NCBI GenBank assembly: GCA_051362555.1 | Contig: CM120641.1 | Span: 27,038,401 to 27,102,400, forward strand | Reading direction: 5' to 3' | Source of the DNA: Lingula anatina | Lineage: Eukaryota > Animalia > Brachiopoda | Length of the DNA stretch: 64,000 bases | Part shown: piece by piece, positions 47,103-57,636 of the stretch | How positions within the stretch are numbered: position 1 is the stretch's first letter | Layout: each line of letters starts with the position of its first letter | Position numbers and translations under genes: made by a program | Notes under the pieces: generated by a model | Told to the model about the DNA's origin: nothing | The model's input: only the letters and a program-made list of their open reading frames with translations | Databases searched by the model: none

Positions 47103-48071
47103 ACCAGTGAGCTGAATTCAATGCATGAACTGACGTCATTTTGTCAAATTTGATTTAAATCTATCGAAAAGATCCTAGACCACCCGTAATATGACATATG
47201 TGTAAATGTTAATTAATTTAGTCACTGCATGAACACTTATTATTCATCTATTACCCAAAGGAGTTTTGGGTGACAATATCCTTAACCATGCCAACATCGG
47301 GGTATATCTGGATCAACTCAGTCACATCTATTTTCTATTCCAAACTAACACAAAATATCAATTTTGCTGTGTGACAAGTATCAGATGAATTTTGAAGTGG
47401 TAAACTAACGGAAACAAGCTTAAAGATTTTTTTTTTTTGATAAAAAAAAAAACAATAATTTAAATTGATACATACAGAGCTAATGAAACTGTTCTCTTAA
47501 AGATGTTATGTACTAGCTAGTAAATTAGTTATTGTGTTCATTCTGCTTGATTTCCGTTGATTCCAGAAAATACTTTTGAATCCGCTTTATGATCCTTTAT
47601 TTGTTGAGAATGACTGTTTCTTTTTTGTAATTGCAACTGACTTGTAAAGCGCAGCTCAGCTACACCTGGATCTAGGGGATTTCCAACTTAATTAATTAAT
47701 TAATTAATCAATAATAAATCTGTCAAGGCCCCTTTAAGACCTTTGTAATCAGTCAGAGACGCTTAACCCAAGAAGTTACAACTCCTTGCTAAACCAGACA
47801 ACCAAGAAGAAGAGTCAGGATTATTCAATTTATTGATGCTGCACAAAACGGATGAAAACATCTGCTCAGAGTTAAATAATTATGTCAAAGTCCACTCAGG
47901 CTTTAACTTTTCAGTGCATTTTATCATGATTCCCAAACTCATCACAATCAGGATTTTCTCTGTTATTATCACTTCTAACTGATGTATGCAAACGATGTAA
48001 CATTTTTGTTAAGCGTACGCAGTAAAAATTGACCTCGACGGGCCGCGGGGACAACAAGCGTGTGCGAGAGG

Positions 48072-48072
<1 letters not shown>

Positions 48073-48125
<53 letters not shown>
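48073..48125. repeat. Poly-G run
   Basis: About 53 consecutive G. Confidence 0.95.
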
Positions 48126-48393
48126 CGTTGAAATAAATTACAGTTTTAATGAGCACACGAACGAAACGGGGTGCCTCGATATGAAACCAGACAACTTTTG
48201 TGTTTTTAATCTCCAAATACTTAAAAAAATCAATAAAGCTAATAAATAGGCCGTCTACAAGAATCTATTATATCGTATATTTTATATTAATTATTATTAA
48301 ATATCACAATTATAAACGAGTCGCCTTTTGGTGTACGCCCGGCTATGACCTCTATTAAAAAATATCCATTTTTACGAGATTACAAATTGTATC

Positions 48394-49180
48394 GGGGTCC
48401 GCCATATAGATAAACGTCCCAATAAAATATTCGCCCCGATAGATACGTCTCTATACATACACGTCTCAATAGATTTACGTCTCGTTAAATTTACGTTCCG
48501 ATAGATCCACCAACAGATTCCTATAAACCCACGTATCTTTAGATCCAGGTACCGCTAGATCCATCTATCTGACATCGTAATCGGCTAAAAGGCCCATATC
48601 AACTTGCGTTGTGAAATTTAGAAAACATTTTTATGTTCTTTTTTGTTTTTTTTTTTTTGTTTAGAACACATTTACATGTAAATTCAGAACACTTTTTACG
48701 TGTTCGAATGATACATTTTGAGAACGCTTTAAACAGTGTTCTGACGCTAGAACAGTAATTAAGCGTTGTGAAATATAGAACACACTTTTGTTCTTTTTAT
48801 GTTCTTTCACTGGGTATTGTGTGAAAACGATCTAGTAGAATAATATATTGCTGACTGCGTGCTGTCGTTTTAAAGAAGTGCATTTTATGTACTGAGTAGT
48901 ATACCAACCATTTCGAGCAATAGTGTACCTGTAATGGATCTATCGGTATTTGGATCTAAAAATAAGTGGATCTATAGGTATGCGGATTTAAAGGACGTGG
49001 GTTTATGAGGACGTCATATCTATAGGAACGCAAATATATAGGACAGCAGAAAAAAAATCGGATCTATCGGTATTTAAATCTAAAAAGACGTTTTTTCCGT
49101 TTTTCCTTCATGTATCTATCGGTAACGGGAGTATAGGGACGTGTAATATTTTGGGACTAAATTTTATCCGTACGTACCCC
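48394..49180 (+). mobile_element. Non-autonomous TIR element, family C copy 1
   Basis: ggggtccgccatatagataaacgtcccaa...ttgggactaaattttatccgtacgtacccc, with subterminal tagatc/gatcta repeats in inverted orientation. Near-identical ends in the copy at 53494-54423. Confidence 0.75.
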
Positions 49181-49384
49181 CATTGCCTCGCTTTCAAAAG
49201 TTAAAACAGGCGCTCCAAAATCGTAAGACGAAGTAAAAAAAATTTATATTGACCGAGTTCGCCCCCCAATAAGAATATCCTTACAGCATTATCTGCAATT
49301 AACCTTCTTACGATTTTTAATGTATTTTGCAATATAATTTTCAATCTGCCCGATGAAGAATTTTATTAATCAAGAGTGGGGGAG

Positions 49385-49990
49385 GGGTGGAAAATCCCCT
49401 TGAGGCCACATATAACACTATAAATGCGAAGGGAATCCCCCTTACAATGACGGCAAAATGAATGTTAATCAGGAAAGTCCAATGGATTTGCTTTTCAAAA
49501 CATAAAATCAACAAAATATTTCTAATATGATTTCTCAAAACAACACCAGAAAGCAAATTAAATCAAATAAACCAGACGGTAAACACCGGCAGGCTTTGTC
49601 GATTTCACCATTTGTTTATTTCAAGAAGTTATAACTTCTTGTTTATTTCAAACAGCGTACATTTCGCGCATGCGCAGTAGTTTGAGACCTGTGCTGTTTT
49701 AATTGGCGCTTCGCGAAATAGAACAACTAACGCCACCTAGGGACGTCTGCGCTCGCTATGACCTGGACCAAGGAAAATCCCCGCGATATATATATATATA
49801 TATGAGCAATGGGGAATTTCAAGGGTGTGCCAGAACACTTCGACCGTCCGTGAGAGATGTTCAAGGCGCAGTACTGTACGTACAGTATTTATTGGCCTTA
49901 CACAAGATTCCCCCCTCCCATAGGTGAAGAGCAGATTCTAAACGAGACCTTAAGTAGAGGCACGCCAGGATATTACTCGTAACAGGTAAG
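49385..49990 (+). promoter_or_regulatory. Candidate NF-kB-responsive promoter and non-coding first exon (probably of the TRAF gene)
   Basis: kB-like sites at 49389-99, 49431-40, 49472-81, 49772-82 and 49811-20. NRF1-type GCGCATGCGCA at 49666-76, CTCF-like cgccacctagg at 49731-41. CpG-rich, with a strong donor CAG|GTAAGC at 49985/49986. Confidence 0.55.
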
Positions 49991-50335
49991 CAAAGTCGAT
50001 GTGAAATAACACAAACCTCTTATTTTTTACATATACATTTTAAAAGTATAAACAGTATATGAAAGATTTATTTCTTCACATTTTGGTATTAAAGGAAAAG
50101 TGAGAATACATATACCTGCATGATAAGAATCATAATGGGCGGAAATTAAACGCCGGTGTGGCGTGATAGACCCCTGCCTTGACGAAACCGTTCTGCACAT
50201 GCGCATTGAGGGTAGATTGAAAGAAGTAACTTCCGGTATGACGATGTCGTCCTTAGTATAGCCGCTATGTTTGCACTGAACTATGAACTTTAAATTCATA
50301 ATTCAGTGGTTTTCGTCATGAGAGAGTATGAATTT

Positions 50336-52803
50336 GATAATTGTACCACCAGCGTTAGCGCTGGCGGTACACATGGTTTCGGTCCCGTCCGGATCGTTCC
50401 GCCGGCTCCGCCGGACGGCTACCGTTACCGCTTCTCCTCCTAGACGGTAAGGGCCCCCGTACCCATCTCATGGATTTAGGTCACCTATAATCTCAACTCG
50501 TTCCACGTAAAATTTGGGCTTTGTCGGTATTGGGGTCTGGGTGTGGCACTCATTACAATACACCCTTGTCTAAAAATGGCAAAATTAAATGCTAATTATC
50601 TACCCTACGGAAGGAGTTATGGGAAAAATTTCTATAGACGGCTTTCCAAAAGTCATATGTGTAGATTTCAAATATACCCTTGGATTTGACCTTTGACCTT
50701 TACTTCAAGGTCAAATGGGCCAAAATTTTCAAAAAAATGAAATTTTTTACGAAAAAAATTTTTTTTGCCCTGTTATTCAGACACTACACAGACTTAACCA
50801 ATAATATTATTGGAAAGTGTTACCCTTCAGGTCATCTTTCATCTCCATGAATTTGGGGTCAATCGGTGCATTTTCACGGGAGTAGCGGCCATAAGATACC
50901 GAAACTGAAAACTGTCTCTAATTCGGGAACCGTTAATGCTAGAGACCCATTCTTTTTTGCATTTTGTAGAGCATGTTAAGCCCAACACTGGAGGTGGCCT
51001 CGGTTTTTTTGTATTCCATACGGTTTTTGAGTTACGCTGTATCAAAAAGTACATATTGGTGGTAAAAGCAAAATGTGCAGTACGGTAATGGATAATAAAT
51101 TTTGAACTCTGGAAAAATAAAACATAAGGCTTGGCAAAGCAGACAACTTGTGTTCAAAAATGACATTATTTCATCAAATTTGAACTTTTGAAACTTCAGA
51201 GCACCTCCTATTTCAAGAATTTTGACCAAAATGACATTTTCTTTATTTTAATTAATTTTTTCTGTACAAAATTTAAGGCACATTATGGTAACTCCAAAAT
51301 TATAACATTTAGTCCCTTATATCTCCAAAACTGGCAGTGATAGGTCCATAGTTACTATTGAACTTGAATAGGAAGTCATATACTGGCTATCTTACTGTGA
51401 CCTTGAAATTGACCTTTGACCTACTTTTCACCATGAACTGAACTTTGCAAATTTTGCTTCCCTTTTATCTCCAAAACTGGCAGAGATAGGTCCATAGTTA
51501 CTATTGAACGTATAGGAAGTCATATACTGGCAATCTAAATGTGATCTTAAAATTGACCTTTGACCTACTTTTCACCATGAACTGAATTTTGCAAATTTTG
51601 CTTTTCTTTTAGCTCCAAAACTGGCTGAGATAGGTCCATAGTTACTCTTGAACTTGAATAGAAAGTCATATACTGGCAATCTAAATGTGACCTAGAAATT
51701 GACCTTTGACCTACTTTTCACCATGAATTGAACTTTGCAAATTTTGCTTTCCTTTTATCTCCAAAACTGGCTGAGATAGGTCCGTAGTTACTATTGAACT
51801 TGAATAGGAAGTCATATACTGGCAATCTATATGTGACCTTAAAATTGACCTTTGACCTACTTTTCACCATGAATTGAACTTTGCAAATTTTGCTTTCCTT
51901 TTATCTCCAAAACTGGCAGAGATAGGTCCATAGTTACTATTGAACTTGAATAGGAAGTCATATACTGGCAATCTAAATGTGATCTTAAAATTGACCTTTG
52001 ACCTACTTTTCACCATGAACTGAACTTTGCAAATTTTTCTTCCCTTTTATCTCCAAAACTGGCAGAGATAGGTCCATAGTTACTATTGAACTTGAATAGG
52101 AAGTCATATACTGGCAATCTAAATGTGACCTTAAAATTGACCTTTGACCTTCTTTACACCATGAACTGAATTTTGCAAATTTTGCTTTTCTTTTATCTCC
52201 AAAACTGGCTGAGATAGGTCCGTAGTTACTATTGAACTTGAATAGAAAGTCATATACTGGCAATCTAAATGTGACCTTAAAATTGACCTTTGACCTACTT
52301 TTCACCATAAACTGAACTTTGCAAATTTTGCTTCCCTTTTATCTCCAAAACTGGCAGAGATAGGTCCATAGTTACTATTGAACTTGAATAGGATGTCATA
52401 TACTGGCAATCTAAATGTGACCTTAAAATTGACCTTTGACCTACTTTTCACCATGAACTGAACTTTGCAAATTTTGCTTTCCTTTTGTCTCCAAAACTGG
52501 CAGAGATAGGTCCATAGTTACTCTTGAACTTGAATAGGAAGTCATATACTGGCAATTTACTGTGACCTTGAAATTGACCCTTGACCTATCTTACGAAGAA
52601 CTTAAATTTGATTGTACCATATATATATTTTTTTGCAAAAGTTTAAAAATTCTTGTTGATTGCATTTTTACAGCTTGTCAAGCACAAAACTGGTGGCTGT
52701 GTCCCTTATTTTGTGTATGTGGGGGTCTATACGAATGCGCTTGCTCCAGCTGGTGGTACAATATTCGGAGGCGGTATCGCCTCTCTGATCCTCTAGTTTT
52801 ATT
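50336..52803 (+). mobile_element. Helentron-associated (HINE/DINE-1-like) non-autonomous element with a central satellite
   Basis: 5' subTIR attgtaccaccagc (50340-53) with adjacent inverted repeat cgctggcggtaca (50359-71). Exact 3' subTIR gctggtggtacaat (52749-62). Terminal hairpin gaggcg-gtat-cgcctc (52768-83), then ctagtttt. Confidence 0.8.
51321..52590. repeat. 146-bp tandem satellite, about 8.7 copies
   Basis: The anchor atctccaaaactgg recurs at 51321, 51467, 51611, 51757, 51903, 52049, 52195, 52341 and 52487. Confidence 0.95.
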
Positions 52804-53493
52804 ACTACAGTATAAGGGGGAATGTTGGAAGTGAGCTTTTGATCGTGACTGAACTGTTTTGCTCCGTGTGAAAAACGTGGTAGATCTAAGACTCGTAGTA
52901 TAAATGTTTTCACTCTGCAATGTTCTTTCAATTCAGAGTTCAGTCATTTTCATTAAAAAGAAACTGTGTGTTTGATAATACTACAACTTTCTCTACGGGG
53001 AAATGTTGGAATTGCATGTGCAGCTACGTACTGTAAGTCAACAGACTGCTACCCCCGCGTGAATAATCCGTCAGAACGGTTTATTCACGCGGACGGTTTC
53101 TTCACGTGACACCGGAATGAAAGTATGGGGAAATCCCTTTTTCAGTGAAAGAATGAGTTATATCTTCTGAATACTGCGTTATATCTTCTAAATACTGCTT
53201 AGAAGAAAGCAAGGAGAGTGCTTTATGAAATTAAGAACCACTTATCCAGCAGTGTCCCTGAATTGCGCAAGACAGCGCAATGCACTGGGAAAAAAAAAAA
53301 AAACGCCCATGCAGTTGCCAGGAAACAGTCATTGTCAACAAAACAGGGTGTTATAAAAGCAAAATATTTATTATTATTAGGTAATTAATATTGTTGATGT
53401 AACTTATTAGGTAATTAAAATTGTTGATGTAACTGAACAAATCGGCAAGACTTGTATATCATCGGGTTGGCAGCCATGTTGGCATGTGGGCTT

Positions 53494-54423
53494 GGGGTCC
53501 GCCATATAGATAAACGTCCCAATATAATATTCATCTTGATAGATACGTCTCTATACATATAAGTCTCAATAGATTTACGTCTCATTAAATTTACGTTCCG
53601 ATAGATCCACCAACCGATTCCTATAAACCCACATTTCTTTAGATCCAGGTACAGCTAGATCCATCTATCTGACATTGTAATCGGCTAAAAGGCCAATATT
53701 CAACTTGAGATACAGGTTTGAGGCTTTCGAGTGATAGTCTGGCTGCGAATACTGATCCACTTAGAGATGTGACTTAATTACAACCTGATATTTATTAATT
53801 ATTCATTTATTTATGTATTTATATACTCTATTTATTAGGTGTTCAAACAAGACAATACATGTACATTCGCGTCTACACGTCTACCACACTCTAAAGTTCG
53901 GGAACGCGACGTAAATTGAAACAGAACACATTTTAAGTGTGCAAATGTTACATTTTGAGAACGCTTTCAACAGTGTTCTGGTGCTAGAACACTGAGTGTT
54001 GTGAAATATAGAACACATTTTTATGTTCTTTTTATGTTCTTTCACTGAGTATTGTGTGAAAACGATCTAGTAGAATAATAAATTGCTGAAAGGATTAATA
54101 TGTGTACTGTCATTTTAAAGAAGTGCATTTTATGTACTGAGTAGTATACCAACCATTTTGAGCAAAAGCATACCTGTAATGGATCTATCGGTATTTGGAT
54201 CTCAAAATACGTGGATCTATAGGTATGCGAATTTAAAGGGCGTGGGTTTGTGAGGACGTCTTATATTTAGGAACGCAGATATATAGGACAGCAGTAAAAA
54301 AACGGATCTATCAGTATTTAAATCTAAAAAGATGTTTTTTCAGTTTTTCCTTTATGTACCTATCGGTAACGGGAGTATAGGGACGTGTAATATTTTGGGA
54401 CTAAATTTTATCCGAACGTACCC
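53494..54423 (+). mobile_element. Non-autonomous TIR element, family C copy 2
   Basis: Direct-orientation copy of 48394-49180 with a partly different interior. Confidence 0.75.
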
Positions 54424-55586
54424 GGCTCTTCTTGGCATCAACAGTGTTAATTACCTTGTAATATATTTCGCTTTTATGATAGATCTATAGTTGAGAGAGA
54501 TACAATGTCATACAGACTGAGGACAGTGTAGATGAGTCTATGATTCTGAAGAACTAGTAAACACTGTGGACAAGGGTAGCTTTTTTCCAGAGGGAATGTC
54601 TCATCTTCTCGATAACGAGTCAGTGCAGTGACACATAGAAAAGTTAATACAACTGAAACCACCTATTAAAATGCTGTTCTTTTATCCATTTGTGCACAAT
54701 ATAAGACTGCGATAGTTTCTTATAAAACATCAGCTGTCAATTCACCATTTTTCATTTAAAATATTAAAAATAAAAGTATTTGTAATAAAAATATTGGAAG
54801 AAGAGTTGACATAAATGTGAGTCAAAACCACATGATTGAGGTTCGATTTTGCAAACCTTGATTAAAATCTGGTTTGCTTGTCAAAACTGCAAGGTAACTA
54901 TCAAGTCAACATAGCATACTGTACGTCCAGTGCATTTGATTTAATAAAAAACCAAATACAACAAACAAACACTTACAAAGAATCATAAATGCAAAAATCC
55001 TTTAAAATGTGTGAAAATTGTGCAATGACACCAAACTTGTCTTATTTTTATTTGCCACCATATCTTACAAATTTTGACAAATTAATCACTCAAAAGTACT
55101 GCAGAAGTAATAGACTGTTTTTCAGTTAAGCATATCAATCTCACAATTTTCATAAAACCTTGTTAATTTCAAAAAATTTCATTTATTGTTTTAAGATGGT
55201 GACTTCATGTGTTTAGGTCAGTTATTTGTGATGGGACATTGCTCATCTCAAATAAATCATGTGGCCTTAACACACATGAAAAATCCAAATTCTAAAAATC
55301 CAAAAATCCATTGGCGGTATCTTGTGATCACGGTCTGTGCCCTGAATACCCCGCGGTGTAATTAAGCAAGTTACTTCCAAAGGTGCCTTAGAATTCCAGT
55401 ACCTTTGTTATCTGATTATCAGCTCTCCCTTGATGAACACCAATGACATTGCTGGAAATCATCAACCATAAGCTATTCTGCTTATACTTCATGGTTTGAT
55501 GTTGCAAGTTATGCATCTGGAGTGTGCCCCCCCTCCCTCCAGTGCTCACAGTCATAGATGGTTTCCATTACCTTGATATGTTCTTG

Positions 55587-57031
55587 AGATGTGTCTGTAC
55601 ATATTGCCATCACCTGCGTCTGTAGTCGCCGTCGTCGCCGGCGCCATGCACTTTCCTTGTAAACACGATAATTGGAAGGCAGTTTTACTTTTTTGCTTTA
55701 TATTTACAGAGCTGATGAATATTCATAAAACGCAGGTCAAGTTCGAAAATCAGCATGATCGGGCCATTATTGTAGAAGTTAAGCTGTTTTTTCACTTTTC
55801 AGCATATATGCAACACTGTAAACATATTTCAAGGAAAACCGATAGCCCTGTTGTCATGAAACTCACAGGAGTAATCGAGCTTACTAAAACGCAGGTCAAG
55901 TTCGAAAATCGGCATGATCGGGCCACTATTTTAGTAGTTATACTTTCTTTTCACTTTTCAGCATATATGCAACACTGTAAACACAATATAAGAAAAACAA
56001 ATAGGCCAGTTGTCATTAAATTCACAGGAGTGGTCAATCCTGCTAAAATGCAGGTTGAGTTAAAAAATTTGGGCCATTATTTTAGAAGTTATGCTGTTTT
56101 TTCACATTTCCTCAGATTCAATTCTTAGGCATGTTAACAGTTTCATTATTTAATTAATAAGACACGTAAAAGTGTTTGTTTGACATTTCCTGCATCTTTA
56201 CAACATTGTTAGTTGATTCTGTGAAAATGATGGTAAACTTGTTATCGTGTATTGTGTAATAAAGTTTCAAAAATGGAAATAAACTCATCATTGCAGTTTG
56301 TCAGATTCAATCATTCACTATGTTCAGGATCTCAGAATGGAAGAAATTGGACATTTAACACTGCTCTATTGATATTTTTCCCATCTCATCAATTTTCTTA
56401 GTTGATCACATAAAAATGGCAGTAAACTGTTAATTTTGTTTTGTGTTAAAAATTGTTAAAAATGAAAAAAAAAAAACATTTCAGAACAGTGCTGTCTTGT
56501 TTACATTTTGGCATTTTCAAGTTGTGACTTTGAAGTTCCATGGGCCTGAAGACCTTTGCTAGTCACATTTTCTGAATATCCATGATACTAATATTTTATT
56601 ATTAAAAATTGATGGTCATTATGCTGTTAACCATTATGTAATATTGCGTCAGAATAGAAGAAAACACAATTTTGGGTGCTGCTGCTATGATGACCATTAT
56701 GGGAAAACCATGTTACTTATGATTGCCAAACTTTCAAAAAAGAAATACAGGACTAAAATGCAGCCTGAGTTGGAGGAACAGTCTAATTGGCTTCTTTTTC
56801 TGGAAGTTATACATTTTCAAAGTGTGAACTTGAACTCCCATGGGCCTGAAGCCTTATGCTTGTTACACAAATTACTTACATTGGTATTACCTGTTGAGCA
56901 TAATTAAAATTTGATGTTGAATTTGCAGTTTAACATAATGTACTTTTGCATCAGAATTTACAGTAGCCTATTTTGTGCATAGTTATTTCCTGCTTTTTGT
57001 CTGTACATTTGACAGCTTTGCTGCCTTGTTT
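55587..57031 (+). mobile_element. HINE-like element, family D copy 1 (5' subTIR missing), with about 160-bp internal repeats
   Basis: Begins agatgtgtctgtacat followed by a (gtc)n-like tract and about 160-bp units at 55658, 55818 and 55977. Ends gtctgtacat-tt-gacagc-ttt-gctgcc-ttgttt. Paralogous to 58231-61391. Confidence 0.75.
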
Positions 57032-57337
57032 GATAAATACATCAAAATTTGCATCAATGTGACACATTTAGAAACAAAGCAACTGTGATGATTTAGAATA
57101 CGTTGTTTCATAGATGAAGTACAATATAACATATAGTAGCAATGTTAAGACTGATTTATCCATTCTTGCACTAATTTGTTAGGCCTCATTGGAGGTTAAA
57201 ATATGGCCGACCCACTTGAATACTTCCCCATGGGATATCTATTCAGTGTCTATTAGCAGATTAGATGGCAAGCTTTGTAGTGGGTTGCCATATTTGACCC
57301 TCAGACTTGTTGGTCTCCTATTCTGAATGGAGCCTTA

Positions 57338-57636
57338 GACTGCATTCACATCGAGTTGAGCCATGGATCTACAAAGTCACGAACTAAATATGGTGGACGC
57401 ACATGAAAGAAAACCGCCTATTCTTTTTATAGTCTTTCCGCCTCTCTCACGCCTCCCCACGCATCGTCCCTGTGGGGGTACAGTCATTAAATTTCGACTC
57501 CATTGGGACGACCCATGGGGAGGCGTGTGAGCGGCGGGGAGACTTAAAAGATAAGGCGGTTTTCCTTTCATGTACATCCGCCATATTTAGATTGTGACTT
57601 TGTAGATCCATGGCTCAACTCAATGTGAATGCGGTC
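57338..57636. mobile_element. Long-TIR MITE related to family B, TTA TSD (PIF/Harbinger-like)
   Basis: tta|gactgcattcacatcgagttgagccatggatctacaaagtcac...gtgactttgtagatccatggctcaactcaatgtgaatgcggtc|tta. Confidence 0.88.

Larger units (their letters stand above)
50157..53111. mobile_element. Ginger-like non-autonomous element (TGT...ACA ends, CCGG TSD) hosting a nested HINE
   Basis: ccgg|tgtggcgtga...aaaccgttctg on the left and cagaacggttt...tcacgtgaca|ccgg on the right. The imperfect TIRs of about 40 bp have their best-matching block 28-29 nt from each end. Confidence 0.6.

Noticed and set aside
47911-48216. Poly-proline ORF
   Set aside because: It is the translation of the poly-G run, with no splice or homology support. 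The run length may itself be unreliable.
51321-52590. Regular array resembling a CRISPR locus, and ORF 52003-52308
   Set aside because: The units are contiguous near-identical monomers with no unique spacers and no cas genes, in a eukaryotic context. The ORF is a by-product of the repeat.
55589-56128. 179-aa ORF with internal repeats, and ORFs at 58250-58661
   Set aside because: These are open frames across HINE tandem units and are not conserved as a frame between the two copies. No Rep/helicase or transposase motifs.
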